DNA of 64,000 nucleotides from Lachnospiraceae bacterium (lineage in GTDB: Bacteria; Bacillota; Clostridia; Lachnospirales; Lachnospiraceae). Where the stretch lies: positions 47,377 to 111,376 of the forward strand of contig JAFYMC010000016.1 of the NCBI GenBank assembly GCA_017556805.1, written 5' to 3'. A program made the position numbers and the translations under genes. Each line of letters begins with the position of its first letter. The first letter of the stretch is position 1. Positions 46,457-57,029 of this stretch are shown here, piece by piece. Under the pieces are notes generated by a model. The model worked only from the letters and a program-made list of their open reading frames with translations. It was not told the origin of the DNA and ran no database searches.

Positions 46457-47335
46457 TTACACCTGCAAAACCCAGCCGATCACACCTTGCGGAAGGCTAT
46501 CTTCCATCGGGGTTCCGTCATCAAACATCAAATTCGCATGCATTGAATTAACCAGACAATGCTGTCCCATTTCCACGCCGAAGTTGATGGAAGAAATTCC
46601 GCCGTCCCCGTTCTTTGTCCACTTCGGGAAGTAGAGGAACTTATGCTTCATCTGTTCCAACCGCGGGATACGCGGCACGATTTCCTTCTCAAAATCGTGG
46701 AACTCATCATGGGTGGAAATTGCAAAAAACAAGTTTACATTATTGGCATCGAACTCATCCAGTACTTCATCCGCCGGAATCGCACTTGTTCCGATCGGTA
46801 CACAGCCGTCAAAGAATGCCGGGTCTTGTGCAACCACTTGAAAACAGAAGGTGGCTCCGCTGGAATTTCCCATCACAATCTTTTTCCCGATGGTCTGCTC
46901 CCGCTCTGTTACAAACTGCTTTATCAGGTCCACCACCGGTTTTGTATATTCCCCGGTATGCCAGGTCCCGCTGACAGACCCGTCCGTATCTCTGTATTCG
47001 TTGGCAAGCGGAATCAGCACATAGGCACCGCCCAGCTGCTTTTGATACTCCGGAGAAGCAAACAACTCTCCGCCGCTGTAATTGATACAAATATCACCCT
47101 CCAGGGAATTGGAGGTACCGTGCAAGAAAACCAAAAGCGGATACTTCTTATCCTTCGGATAGCCGTGCTCCGTCGGGTCATAGAAATAGTATCTCATATT
47201 CCCGATGGCAGGCACCTCAAAAATTTCTTTGTGATAAAGGTGAAAATACTCGCCTACTTTATAGGTCGCTGCATAACTGATAAACTCATCTCCCGTAAGC
47301 TCATTTGCCCACGGTGGGGTCGGGTGATTTTCCAT
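46457..47335 (-). CDS. Alpha/beta-hydrolase fold esterase
   Basis: The sequence has PLLVFLHGTSNS (oxyanion region) and the nucleophile elbow GNSSG. There is no signal peptide. Confidence 0.65.
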   Translation of the reverse strand: MENHPTPPWANELTGDEFISYAATYKVGEYFHLYHKEIFEVPAIGNMRYYFYDPTEHGYPKDKKYPLLVFLHGTSNSLEGDICINYSGGELFASPEYQKQLGGAYVLIPLANEYRDTDGSVSGTWHTGEYTKPVVDLIKQFVTEREQTIGKKIVMGNSSGATFCFQVVAQDPAFFDGCVPIGTSAIPADEVLDEFDANNVNLFFAISTHDEFHDFEKEIVPRIPRLEQMKHKFLYFPKWTKNGDGGISSINFGVEMGQHCLVNSMHANLMFDDGTPMEDSLPQGVIGWVLQV

Positions 47336-47466
47336 ACAGATACTCCTCTCCTTCTCTATCTCCTTCGTAACACCACGGCTTGTTGCGCTACTTTCGTATC
47401 TCTCACAAGCCTCCCAACATTCGGATTCTGCTCATTTGCTTTCGCAAATGGCTACTTCCTCATTTA

Positions 47467-49869
47467 CTATAAGATCATGGTCAACTGAATTCTCTTCTTC
47501 TGTAAATCTACGCTCATAACCTTTACATCCACGATATCGCCGACGCTCACTGCATCTAACGGATGCTTAATGAAACGTTCCTTGGACATCTGGGAAATGT
47601 GTACCAGACCGTCCTGATGCACGCCGATATCCACGAAAGCACCAAAATCGATTACGTTACGTACCGTTCCCTTTAAAATCATGCCCTCGGTCAAATCCTT
47701 CATTTCCAGCACATCGGTACGAAGAATCGGCTTCGGCATTTCTTCACGCGGATCACGTCCCGGTTTTTCAAGCTCTTTGATGATGTCGGTCAAGGTAATC
47801 TCACCGATACCGAGCTCTTCTGCAAGAGCGGTCTTATTCTTAATCTGACGGGAAAGTCCGGACAAACCGCTGCCGGTTGCCGCCTCCTGTGCCCCGTTCT
47901 TCTCAGCACCCTTACCGGACTTCTTTGCGTCAAGCTCCTCCTCAGCCGGTGCAGTAAAGTTCCCGCCATTCATGGCTGCCATCAGGGCCTGTGCCATAGC
48001 GGTATTTCCACCCTTGACACGGAGACGATTATCCTTCTCGCGGTTGCGCTTCGGGGTATCGTCCTTCTTCGTTGCTTTCTCTGCACGCGCCTGCAATTCT
48101 TTCTGCTCTGCCTGAACCTTCTTGATATCTGCCGCAGTGTAACCAAGCTTCTCCAAAAGCTTCTCCGCTGCGTCATAGGACTCCGGATGCACACTGGTGG
48201 CATCTAACGGATTAGTACCGTCGTTGATGCGAAGGAAGCCCGCACACTGCTCGTAAGCCTTCGGCCCCAGCTTCGCTACCTTTAAAAGCTCCTTACGGGT
48301 CTTGAACTTACCGTTTTCCTCACGATACGCTACGATATTCTTTGCAATCGGCTTGGAAATACCGGACACGTACTCTAAAAGCGGTGCCGAAGCGGTATTT
48401 AAATCCACGCCTACCTTATTTACACAATCCTCAACAACGCCGGACAAGGTCTCGGACAACTTCTTCTGGTTCATGTCGTGCTGATACTGACCTACACCGA
48501 TGGACTTCGGATCAATCTTCACCAGCTCCGCCAACGGGTCCTGCAAACGGCGGGCAATAGATGCCGCACTACGCTGTCCCACATCAAAATTCGGGAACTC
48601 CTCGGTAGCCAGCTTACTTGCGGAGTACACGGAAGCACCTGCCTCGTTTACAATCACATACTGAATCGGCTTATTGAGCTCCTTTAACAGCTCTACGATA
48701 ACCAGCTCGGACTCTCTGGACGCCGTACCGTTTCCTACGGAAATGAGGGTAATGTTATATTTCTCGATTAACTTTTTCAAAATTTTCTTGGACTCATCCA
48801 CCTTATTCTGCGGCGCGGTCGGATAAATAACAACAGTATCCAATACCTTTCCCGTCGGGTCCACCACCGCCAGCTTACAACCGGTACGGAATGCCGGGTC
48901 CCAGCCAAGGACAGTCTGTCCCGCAATCGGAGGCTGCATCAGAAGCTGCACCAGGTTCTTACCGAATACCTTAATAGCACCGTCTTCTGCCTTCTCCGTC
49001 AAATCGTTACGAATCTCTCGCTCAATGGCCGGAGCAATGAGACGGTTGTACGCATCCTCTGCAGCAAATGCCAACAGCTCGTCCGTAAACTCGTTCTTCT
49101 TTACAATCAGCTTCGTACGAAGGAACTGCAAAATACGCTCCTCCGGCGCACTGACCTTCACGGTCAGAATCTTCTCATCCTCACCGCGGTTCAGCGCTAA
49201 GATACGATGGCCCGGAAGCTTGTTAAGGGGCTCCTCAAACTCATAGTACATCTCGTACACGGACTGGGTCTTTGCTTCCTTTGCCGCGGAAACAATCTTA
49301 CCCTCCTCCATGGTAATCTCACGAATATAACGGCGGTAATCCGCATCGTCGGAAATCTGCTCCGCAATAATATCCAGTGCACCTTCCACCGCTTCCTTGG
49401 CACTCTTTACGGAAAGAGCGGCGTCCTCTGCTTCCTTCACATACGCTGCGCCCGCTTCCTCTGCCGGCTTGTCCAAACTTTCGGTGAAGATCAGCTCCGC
49501 CAAAGGCTCCAATCCCTTTTCCTTAGCAATGGTGGCACGAGTTCTTCTCTTCGGGCGGTACGGACGATATAAATCCTCCACCTCAACGAGAGTGGTAGCC
49601 GCCAGAATCTGCGCCTTTAACTCATCGGTCAGCTTTCCCTGCTCCTCGATGCTGCCAAGCACCTGCTCCTTCTTTTCCTCTAAGTTTCTAAGATATACCA
49701 AACGCTCGTGCAAATTACGAAGCACTTCGTCATTTAACGAACCGGTGACTTCCTTACGGTAACGGGCAATAAACGGAATGGTATTGCCCTCATCAATCAA
49801 CCTTACGGTAGCCTCTACCTGCTCCAAACGAATCCCTAATTCATTTTTCAACTGTTCATAGATATTCAT
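47467..49869 (-). CDS. tex: Tex-like transcription accessory protein (Tex_N, YqgF, HhH, S1) with a low-complexity insertion
   Basis: The N-terminus is VEATVRLIDEGNTIPFIARYRKEVTGSL. The C-terminal S1 domain is GMILKGTVRNVIDFGAFVDIGVHQDGLVHISQM. Confidence 0.9.
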   Translation of the reverse strand: MNIYEQLKNELGIRLEQVEATVRLIDEGNTIPFIARYRKEVTGSLNDEVLRNLHERLVYLRNLEEKKEQVLGSIEEQGKLTDELKAQILAATTLVEVEDLYRPYRPKRRTRATIAKEKGLEPLAELIFTESLDKPAEEAGAAYVKEAEDAALSVKSAKEAVEGALDIIAEQISDDADYRRYIREITMEEGKIVSAAKEAKTQSVYEMYYEFEEPLNKLPGHRILALNRGEDEKILTVKVSAPEERILQFLRTKLIVKKNEFTDELLAFAAEDAYNRLIAPAIEREIRNDLTEKAEDGAIKVFGKNLVQLLMQPPIAGQTVLGWDPAFRTGCKLAVVDPTGKVLDTVVIYPTAPQNKVDESKKILKKLIEKYNITLISVGNGTASRESELVIVELLKELNKPIQYVIVNEAGASVYSASKLATEEFPNFDVGQRSAASIARRLQDPLAELVKIDPKSIGVGQYQHDMNQKKLSETLSGVVEDCVNKVGVDLNTASAPLLEYVSGISKPIAKNIVAYREENGKFKTRKELLKVAKLGPKAYEQCAGFLRINDGTNPLDATSVHPESYDAAEKLLEKLGYTAADIKKVQAEQKELQARAEKATKKDDTPKRNREKDNRLRVKGGNTAMAQALMAAMNGGNFTAPAEEELDAKKSGKGAEKNGAQEAATGSGLSGLSRQIKNKTALAEELGIGEITLTDIIKELEKPGRDPREEMPKPILRTDVLEMKDLTEGMILKGTVRNVIDFGAFVDIGVHQDGLVHISQMSKERFIKHPLDAVSVGDIVDVKVMSVDLQKKRIQLTMIL

Positions 49870-49995
49870 GATAAAATCTCCTCACATCTGTCCTAGTGCC
49901 AAATAAAGCCATAAAAGCACATAGTATAGTGTAGCATATTTTACGGAAAAAGAAAAGAGGGAAGAAACCCGAGTTTCTTCCGCCAAAAACATTTT

Positions 49996-50013
49996 GTATC
50001 TCTATAGAGATAC
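49996..50013. promoter_or_regulatory. 18-bp perfect palindrome (candidate operator) in the tex / ECF-sigma divergent intergenic region
   Basis: The palindrome is gtatctctatagagatac. A TTGACA hexamer on the minus strand lies 3 nt away (50022-50017). Confidence 0.35.
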
Positions 50014-50240
50014 CCCTGTCAAGATATTGCTATATCCTTTTCACAATAGAGAAAGCGCCACAGCCCCAATCAACTCCATTGAAACCATAACGCTATCCGT
50101 AAGTTCGTATTCATTTCCTTTGTAAACTATATCGGCCAAAATACGCAAAAACATGATATACTTACAAAAAAGGTGTAAGATTTTCCTTTTTCCGACGCAT
50201 TAATAGGTGAATCGATTCAATCCAAACAGGGAGGTAAACG

Positions 50241-50804
50241 ATGCAGGACGATGAATTAATAACGATACTAAAGACCGACCCCGACACCGGTATGACGCTT
50301 TTACTTGCCCAGTATGCGGGACTGATTTACTCGATTGTGAAACATAAGTTGGCCGGTCAATTCTTTTGTGATGCAGACATTGAACATTGCGTCGCAGACA
50401 CCTTCAGCGAATTCTATTTTGACTTGGATAAATTTCAAAATGCAACCGGAAGCATTCGGGCCTGGCTTTGCGTCATCGCCCGGAACAACACCTATGACCG
50501 CCTGCGCAGGTACAAAAAAGAGGCTGGTACCCTATCCCTGGATGCGGAAGGACTTGCCGAGCCGTGGGATGATACGTTTTCCGTAGAAGAAGCCCTGATT
50601 ACCAAAGAATTCAGAGAAGAACTGCTTCGTGAAATCAAAGCCCTCGGAGAACCGGACAGCACCATTTTGCTCCGCAAATACTACCGTTCCGAATCCTCAA
50701 AGGAAATTGCGGCCAGCCTCAATTTAACCGTTTCCGCTGTGGACACTCGTGCCCACAGAGCCATTCTAAAATTACGCAGTATATTCGGAGGTGAACGCGT
50801 ATGA
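50241..50804 (+). CDS. ECF-type RNA polymerase sigma-70 family factor
   Basis: Region 2 is IRAWLCVIARNNTYDRLRR. The region 4 HTH is SSKEIAASLNLTVSAVDTRAHRAILKLR. The SD is GGGAGG. Confidence 0.85.
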   Translation: MQDDELITILKTDPDTGMTLLLAQYAGLIYSIVKHKLAGQFFCDADIEHCVADTFSEFYFDLDKFQNATGSIRAWLCVIARNNTYDRLRRYKKEAGTLSLDAEGLAEPWDDTFSVEEALITKEFREELLREIKALGEPDSTILLRKYYRSESSKEIAASLNLTVSAVDTRAHRAILKLRSIFGGERV

Positions 50805-52474
50805 ATAAAGAGTTAAATGAAATTTTAGATACCTTAACCCCGGAGGAGTTAGACACCCTTCCGGAGGAAGTCTTCCAGGCAGAGAAACTTGATGATGTTA
50901 CGCTAAAAAGAATCCGGACTGCCGTAGCGGAACGCACCGGTTTATCGCTCGGAACAAGCGAAAACACTGCAAAGGATAATAAGAAAATGGAACACGAGAT
51001 TGCCACACCGGCACATAGAACAATGCGCCGAACTTCTTCCATCTTTCGTCGTATCCTTGCCGCAGCAGCCTGCGCGGCATTGCTACTGGGTGCCGGAGCC
51101 GGTGCATATGCCTATGCCGCTGCAAAGAAGGATTATAAAAACGCACTGACCTTCTTCTATGAAAACGAACTTTCCACGGAAGGTCTTACGAAAAACGAAA
51201 TCAAAGAGGTTTACCGGGATTTCTATTCCCATTCCTTCACAAACGACTTAACCACCGATGTAATTTTAAACAGCAGACCGGGCGTGGTGCGCGGTTTTGA
51301 AATTACCGGTAATGCTTCGGAATGGGATACCACCATACCGGATACTTTTCTTTCCGATTACAAGACACCGGTGTATTATGAGTTTGAACGGCTCTATACG
51401 GACATTGAAGGGACCTACAACCCGCAAACCCAGGCATACCGGCAGCAGTTTACAGAAAGTATCTTCCGAAAATATCATAACAGTGAAAAGGTTTGGGAAA
51501 TCTCCTTCCAAGACATCCAAATCTACGGCTACTACGGCGACCCGATAGATGATAGCAAACCGGTTCTCGTATACGGCACAGGTTCTTCTCCTAACGATTC
51601 CAAGGATGAAATCGTCACCTTAATTGCACTGGATACAGACGGTACGATTCTTTGGGAAACGGTTCAAAATAATACTCCGGGCTCTGAGCAGATTGACGCA
51701 GTCCTCTCCAATCCCGACGGTTCCTACACAACCTTCGGTCGTTGTGCAGCTGACAACAAACAATCCGGCAATTGCCTATGTGTGAACAAATACAGTAAAA
51801 ATGGCACGCCGCTATCCGCCAATACAATTGATATCAGTGACCATATCATTGAGAACGTGGCGCTGACGGAATCCGGGTATCTGATGCACTTGTCCAGTTA
51901 CGTTGTCACTGACTTTGCCCGTGTACTGAAGTTGGACTTTGAGGGCAATGTAGTAGGTGATTTCTCTTATGAAAGTGAAGAATACGATTTCTATATTGCC
52001 GACTTTTGTGAGCTTAACGACACCGTATATATTTCCGGTTATACCGCCCCGAAAGTAGAGAAAAAAGTGGTGGCCTATGGCACACGCGAAGTTCTCATGC
52101 TAAAATCCGAACTTTCAGGAAAAATCATTCGGAGCCACGAAGAACTTCTCGATATGTTCCGTGGCAACTTTACCGCTGTGCTTCTTGCTTGTGAACCGGA
52201 CTCCGGCTCACCGAAGGAATTCTACTCCGTAGCCGGCTCCTTAGGAGACGAGGTATATGTGGCAGACGGCTCTGTCTGCTGGTTTACCAAGGATATCATT
52301 GACTGCTCTTATTCTCCTCAGGAAATAAAGATGATTGGAGACGTAGGCCATGTCACTTCCCAGACAAAGCTTGCCATCCTCTGCCGTTTCTACGCCAGTA
52401 TCTTTAACGCGGACGGCACCTTTAAGGAGCAGAAGAAACTGGATTTGATGACGGAACGGCATTGGGGGAAATAA
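50801..52474 (+). CDS. Anti-sigma-factor-like single-pass membrane protein with a ~440-aa extracytoplasmic domain
   Basis: It overlaps the sigma gene by ATGA. It has one TM segment (ILAAAACAALLLGAGAGAYAYAAA). The large C-terminal domain is uncharacterised. Confidence 0.55.
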   Translation: MNKELNEILDTLTPEELDTLPEEVFQAEKLDDVTLKRIRTAVAERTGLSLGTSENTAKDNKKMEHEIATPAHRTMRRTSSIFRRILAAAACAALLLGAGAGAYAYAAAKKDYKNALTFFYENELSTEGLTKNEIKEVYRDFYSHSFTNDLTTDVILNSRPGVVRGFEITGNASEWDTTIPDTFLSDYKTPVYYEFERLYTDIEGTYNPQTQAYRQQFTESIFRKYHNSEKVWEISFQDIQIYGYYGDPIDDSKPVLVYGTGSSPNDSKDEIVTLIALDTDGTILWETVQNNTPGSEQIDAVLSNPDGSYTTFGRCAADNKQSGNCLCVNKYSKNGTPLSANTIDISDHIIENVALTESGYLMHLSSYVVTDFARVLKLDFEGNVVGDFSYESEEYDFYIADFCELNDTVYISGYTAPKVEKKVVAYGTREVLMLKSELSGKIIRSHEELLDMFRGNFTAVLLACEPDSGSPKEFYSVAGSLGDEVYVADGSVCWFTKDIIDCSYSPQEIKMIGDVGHVTSQTKLAILCRFYASIFNADGTFKEQKKLDLMTERHWGK

Positions 52475-52517
52475 ATCCTCTCGACTTTTTCAAATCATAA
52501 AATAGCCTTCTTTTTCT

Positions 52518-52570
52518 ACAACCGGGCTACAGAAAATCATTTGTAGCCCGGTTGTGTATCTCTTCGTTTT
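52518..52570 (+). terminator. Rho-independent terminator of the sigma/anti-sigma operon
   Basis: A 14-bp perfect stem (acaaccgggctaca/tgtagcccggttgt) is followed by a T-rich tail. Confidence 0.8.
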
Positions 52571-52832
52571 TCCCCTACCATCGCCTGTAAAACTCGATCT
52601 AGGTCCTTTTCCCCAAACTTTTTTCTCCCCTCCTCTTGCTTTTTCAAATTATATGTGATAGTATTTCCTTAGACGTAACGTAGTTTCAAAAACTACATGT
52701 AATATTTTTAATAAACTTTTCACGTGATGCAGCGAATTATTTTAACGCATTTTACCGAATCACCGTATTTTGTGCACATTACTGCACACACTATCACATA
52801 ACATATCTTTGTAATAAGAAAGGATGGGATTT

Positions 52833-53537
52833 ATGGAACTCACAACAACGAAAGACTTAACCTTACAACAACCGATTGATTTATCGAAGCACCGGATTAT
52901 TCCGCGACAGCCGGGCAGTGCGTATACGCACCTTGCCGGCGTGGTATTTGCAATTCTCGGTGCATTCCCGTTGCTTCAAAGAGCAGCTCATACTTCGGGG
53001 CTTTCCCTGTTTTCCTGCATCACCTTCATTACCGGTATGTTTTTACTGTACAGTGCCAGCACCTTATATCACACCTTCGGTCGGACGATTCGAAGTTACA
53101 CGAACCTTAAGAAACTGGACCATCTGATGATTTATGTGCTGATTGCAGGCACCTATACACCGGTTTGTCTTTTAGCATTACAGGGTACCGCCGGTAAGCT
53201 TCTGCTTGCACTGGTTTGGGGAATTGCATTTATCGGGATTTTCCAGTGTCTGTTTTTCGTTCACTGTCCGAAGTGGGTCTCCGCAATTATTTATATCGCT
53301 ATGGGCTGGTGTTGTATATTGGCCTTCCCGCAGCTTCTTCGCAGCGTTCCTGCAGGAGCCTTTGCATTGCTCCTCGGTGGCGGCATCGTGTACACCATCG
53401 GCGGTGTCATTTACGCCTTAAAGCTTCCGATTTTCGATAATAAGCATCCGCATTTCGGCCTGCACGAGATTTTCCACTGCTTTTGCCTCGGCGGAACCCT
53501 GTGTCACTATTTGTTTGTATTCCTTTATCTGGCATAA
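52833..53537 (+). CDS. Hemolysin III / PAQR family channel-like membrane protein
   Basis: The protein has seven TM segments. Blocks include LDHLMIYVLIAGTYTP and HEIFHCF. ATG 52833 is preferred (AAAGGA 9 nt upstream) over ATG 52824. Confidence 0.8.
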   Translation: MELTTTKDLTLQQPIDLSKHRIIPRQPGSAYTHLAGVVFAILGAFPLLQRAAHTSGLSLFSCITFITGMFLLYSASTLYHTFGRTIRSYTNLKKLDHLMIYVLIAGTYTPVCLLALQGTAGKLLLALVWGIAFIGIFQCLFFVHCPKWVSAIIYIAMGWCCILAFPQLLRSVPAGAFALLLGGGIVYTIGGVIYALKLPIFDNKHPHFGLHEIFHCFCLGGTLCHYLFVFLYLA

Positions 53538-53584
53538 CGACAAAACACCTTATAATTCCGCTGTTACCATAACCGATTTATGCA

Positions 53585-53632
53585 AAAATGCTGTCACGAC
53601 CTGACAGGACGTCCGATCTGCGACAGCATTTT
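53585..53632. terminator. Bidirectional terminator between the hemolysin III and GH9 genes
   Basis: The stem is aaaatgctgtc/gacagcatttt, with U-tracts available on both strands. Confidence 0.7.
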
Positions 53633-53680
53633 CTCTTTCTCCTTATCGCTTTGTCTCTATCGTTTCTCCTCCGGTATGTC

Positions 53681-56026
53681 CTACTCTCCGTCTATAAGAG
53701 AAATCAAATACAACATCGGCGAATTCCAGTAAATCGTAATCTCGTTGGTGGAATAGCTCTCCTTATGATCCAAATACCTCTTAGCAATCGGGGCATCCTT
53801 TAATCGCGCCTTTGCCGTCGGGTCCTCTAACCCCGAGTTGACACCGCCTACCAGCATGCCCGGTACGGCCTGATTCTTTGCTATGGACGGTCTGTGATGC
53901 GGATTTTTCGGAGACAAGGTTCCCTGTCCGGTCACAAAGCAAGTACCTACCGGATTTTTGCCCAGCAGATAGTCCAGATTCGACTGCGCAGCTGCCCGGT
54001 ATTTCTCATCTCCGGTCACTTCGTAAGCAAGACCCAAAATCACACCACCATTAGAAACCGTCATATTACTCCCCCAGTGAAAGGATACATTTGCCGTTCC
54101 GTACGTATTGGCAGACGTATTCTGCTCAAAACGAACCGCCTGGTCCATTACTGCCTTATAGGCCTTCGTATACGCGGAAGACTCCGTATCAATCCCCTCC
54201 ATAGTAAGGAGCGCAATATTGCCGTAATCTCCTACGGTACTCCAGTCAAGACCGGTCTTTGCAGCCATACCTTCCAGTACCGCCAGATACTTCTCCTCCT
54301 TTGTGGCACGATACAGTTGCGCTGCTGCCCAGTAACGCTCGTCTGTATCATTTCCGTCTTCATATCCTCCGGTGGTAATATCTGCCGGATTCTTAAAAAT
54401 CAACTTCGGATTAGCCTCTAAAAACGCCCATGCTTTTTCCGCTGCCGCAAGGCAGGTATCCGCAAACCCTCTGTCGATATCGTAGTAAAACTCATAGGCC
54501 AATGCCATGGATGCACAGAAATCCGCCGTAGCCGTGGTGGATACCGGTGTTACAATTAACTGCCCGGTCTCTTTTTCCGGCATAATGTAGCCGCAAAAGC
54601 TTGCACAGCTCACCTTATGATACACGCCACCGTCTGCCGCCTGCATCTTTAACATCCATTCCAGCTCGTAACGTACCTCGTCAAGCAAATCCGGGATACC
54701 GTTGCAGCTCTCCGGAATCCCTATATTATCAATATGGGCACCATCCTCCGACGCCTCATATGCATACAGCAAATCCGCCACGGACTTTGCCGCCGGAACA
54801 ATGTAACGTCCGTAATCCCCGGCATCGTGCCATCCGCCGCTCACATCGATAAACTCTTCCGTTCCGTAAAGCTTTGCCTGCCCGGTATGACATGCCGCAT
54901 GTCCGAAAACCTCGTCCTCCACCTCACAGCCGCAACGCTGCAGATAGAACATTCTTACCATCTCAGCTACCATGTCATCATAAACCGACGCACCGTTTTC
55001 GAACTCATAGGACTTCGTATCTCCGCAGACAATATAATAACGTCCGGCCGTCTTCACCTCGGAAAAATCTCCGAAGCTGTTGATTTCGTCCGTCGTCTTC
55101 GTAAATTTCTCGCCGTACACCGCTCCGGTATATACCGTTTCATCGGTTTCTACATTTACCACGGAAAATTCCGATACTCCTACAAGGTCACAGAATACCG
55201 CTTCTTTCCGGCTTTCCGTGCCGTATCCCACTTGATTGATACGAATTGCCGGTTCATACTCTTCCGGTGCCTTCCCGTAATCCGTTTCTACCAACGATAC
55301 CGCTACATTATCAATATAAATGGTATGCTCCGGCAGGTCTCTTCCCTGAGTGCCGCAGTTAAATACCAGCTTCGTATTTTGGTCCGTCATGCTCGTCATA
55401 TCAAAGGTATAATCAATGGTCTGCGGCTCCGGCTTTAACTCCACCTTCTTCCAGGTGTAGCTCTGATAGTTCCCGCCGTTCTGCTGAATCATCACCTCGA
55501 TGCTTCGCGGCTCCGTACAGGAAATCTCATAGCGCACACGATATTCCCTGTCCTTCTCCAGCTCAATGACATCCTCCGGAAACACCTGTACCGCATAATT
55601 AACAGTACCCAGAGAAGTGATATTCAGTACAAGCTTCCCATCCTCCGCAGACACGGTACCGCCCCCGCCGCTTTCCTTATACAAGTACCATCCGTCGGTA
55701 TCCGTATCAAAGGTTGCGTTTGTCACAATATTATTGTCCGGAAGCGGCTCCGGAGTCGGTGTAGCCGTCGGAGCCGGCTTCGGCGTTGCCGTCGGTCTCG
55801 GTGTCGCAGTTGCCTTCGGCACCTCCGTAGCCGCCGGCGCCACGGTCTCTTCCGGTGCCACCGTCTCAGCCGGAACTTCGGTTATAGCCGGAACCTCTGT
55901 CGACACATTTCCGTCTTCCGTTTTCTTCGTACACCCCGGTATGAGGAACAAAACCGCAACCAGTACCGCTACCGCAGTTCCCCGATACCAAGACATTCGT
56001 TTTTTCGTATGTTTCGTTTTCTTCAT
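53681..56026 (-). CDS. Secreted lipoprotein endoglucanase: PT linker, CBM4_9-like module, Ig-like (CelD_N) module, GH9 catalytic domain
   Basis: The lipobox is LFLIPG-C. The CBM4-like block is NIVTNATFDTDTDGWYLY. The GH9 motifs are GGWHDAGDYGRY, NPHHRPS and YSTNEITIYWNSP. Confidence 0.88.
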   Translation of the reverse strand: MKKTKHTKKRMSWYRGTAVAVLVAVLFLIPGCTKKTEDGNVSTEVPAITEVPAETVAPEETVAPAATEVPKATATPRPTATPKPAPTATPTPEPLPDNNIVTNATFDTDTDGWYLYKESGGGGTVSAEDGKLVLNITSLGTVNYAVQVFPEDVIELEKDREYRVRYEISCTEPRSIEVMIQQNGGNYQSYTWKKVELKPEPQTIDYTFDMTSMTDQNTKLVFNCGTQGRDLPEHTIYIDNVAVSLVETDYGKAPEEYEPAIRINQVGYGTESRKEAVFCDLVGVSEFSVVNVETDETVYTGAVYGEKFTKTTDEINSFGDFSEVKTAGRYYIVCGDTKSYEFENGASVYDDMVAEMVRMFYLQRCGCEVEDEVFGHAACHTGQAKLYGTEEFIDVSGGWHDAGDYGRYIVPAAKSVADLLYAYEASEDGAHIDNIGIPESCNGIPDLLDEVRYELEWMLKMQAADGGVYHKVSCASFCGYIMPEKETGQLIVTPVSTTATADFCASMALAYEFYYDIDRGFADTCLAAAEKAWAFLEANPKLIFKNPADITTGGYEDGNDTDERYWAAAQLYRATKEEKYLAVLEGMAAKTGLDWSTVGDYGNIALLTMEGIDTESSAYTKAYKAVMDQAVRFEQNTSANTYGTANVSFHWGSNMTVSNGGVILGLAYEVTGDEKYRAAAQSNLDYLLGKNPVGTCFVTGQGTLSPKNPHHRPSIAKNQAVPGMLVGGVNSGLEDPTAKARLKDAPIAKRYLDHKESYSTNEITIYWNSPMLYLISLIDGE

Positions 56027-56056
56027 AACATACTTTCTCCTTATCGTAAAAGAATC

Positions 56057-56977
56057 TTAAAACAACTCTGTGGACAAATACCGGTCTCCGCTGTCCGGCA
56101 ATACCGCTACAACGGTCTTTCCTTCATACTCCGGCCGTCTGCCCACTGCCACTGCCGCTGCCAGTGCCGCTCCGGAGGAAATGCCCACCAAAAGCCCTTC
56201 CTTCTGAATCATTGTCTTTGCGTAAGCAAACGCATCCTCGTCGGAAACGGTAAGCACCTCATTATAAATCTTCGTGTCCAATACCTCCGGCACAAAGTTC
56301 GCTCCGATGCCCTGTATCTTGTGTGCACCGGCTTTTCCCTCGGATAAAAGAGGGGAGGACTGTGGCTCTACCGCCACCACATGAAGCTCCGGAATACGCT
56401 CCTTTAAATACTTGGCTGTACCGGTCAGGGTGCCTCCCGTACCGGCGGTTGCCACATACACGTCTACCTTACCCTCCGTGTCCCCATATATCTCCGGACC
56501 GGTGGTCTTATAGTGGGCCTCCGGATTGGCCGGATTCACAAACTGTCCTGCAAAAAAGCTTCCCGGAATTTCCTTTGCCAGTTCCTCTGCCTTTTTCACT
56601 GCGCCCTGCATTCCTTCCGCACCCGGGGTCAGTACAATCTCCGCCCCATAGGCTGCCAGCAGCTTTCTACGTTCTACGCTCATGGTTTCCGGCATAGTCA
56701 GAATCACATGATACCCGCGAAGTGCCGCCATAAATGCCAGACCGATGCCGGTATTTCCGGAGGTCGGCTCCACAATGGTCGCTCCCGGAGTCAGTTTCCC
56801 GGTACGCTCCGCCTCTTCTATCATTTCCTTTGCCACACGGTCCTTTACACTGCCGGCCGGATTAAAATACTCCGCCTTTACCAGCAAACGTGCCTTGACA
56901 CCGTATTCCTTTGCAAACCGGCTCACCTCCACCAAAGGAGTATTTCCTACCAATTCGCTTGCATCCTTTACTAACAT
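56057..56977 (-). CDS. cysK: Cysteine synthase A (O-acetylserine sulfhydrylase)
   Basis: The motifs are GNTPLV, NPAGSVKDRVA (PLP Lys) and TSGNTGIGLA. The start is placed at MLVKD (56977), with AAGGAGA 7 nt upstream. Confidence 0.92.
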   Translation of the reverse strand: MLVKDASELVGNTPLVEVSRFAKEYGVKARLLVKAEYFNPAGSVKDRVAKEMIEEAERTGKLTPGATIVEPTSGNTGIGLAFMAALRGYHVILTMPETMSVERRKLLAAYGAEIVLTPGAEGMQGAVKKAEELAKEIPGSFFAGQFVNPANPEAHYKTTGPEIYGDTEGKVDVYVATAGTGGTLTGTAKYLKERIPELHVVAVEPQSSPLLSEGKAGAHKIQGIGANFVPEVLDTKIYNEVLTVSDEDAFAYAKTMIQKEGLLVGISSGAALAAAVAVGRRPEYEGKTVVAVLPDSGDRYLSTELF

Positions 56978-57029
56978 CGTTGTTCTCCTTTCCGACATAC
57001 GTTTCTGCCGTTCCCGGCCTCACATCCTG

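Noticed and set aside
46559-47488. 309-aa plus-strand ORF
   Set aside because: It is antisense to the esterase gene, which has a clear GxSxG alpha/beta-hydrolase signature. It has no recognisable motifs.
54734-55438. 234-aa plus-strand ORF
   Set aside because: It is antisense to the GH9 gene and is a shadow ORF.
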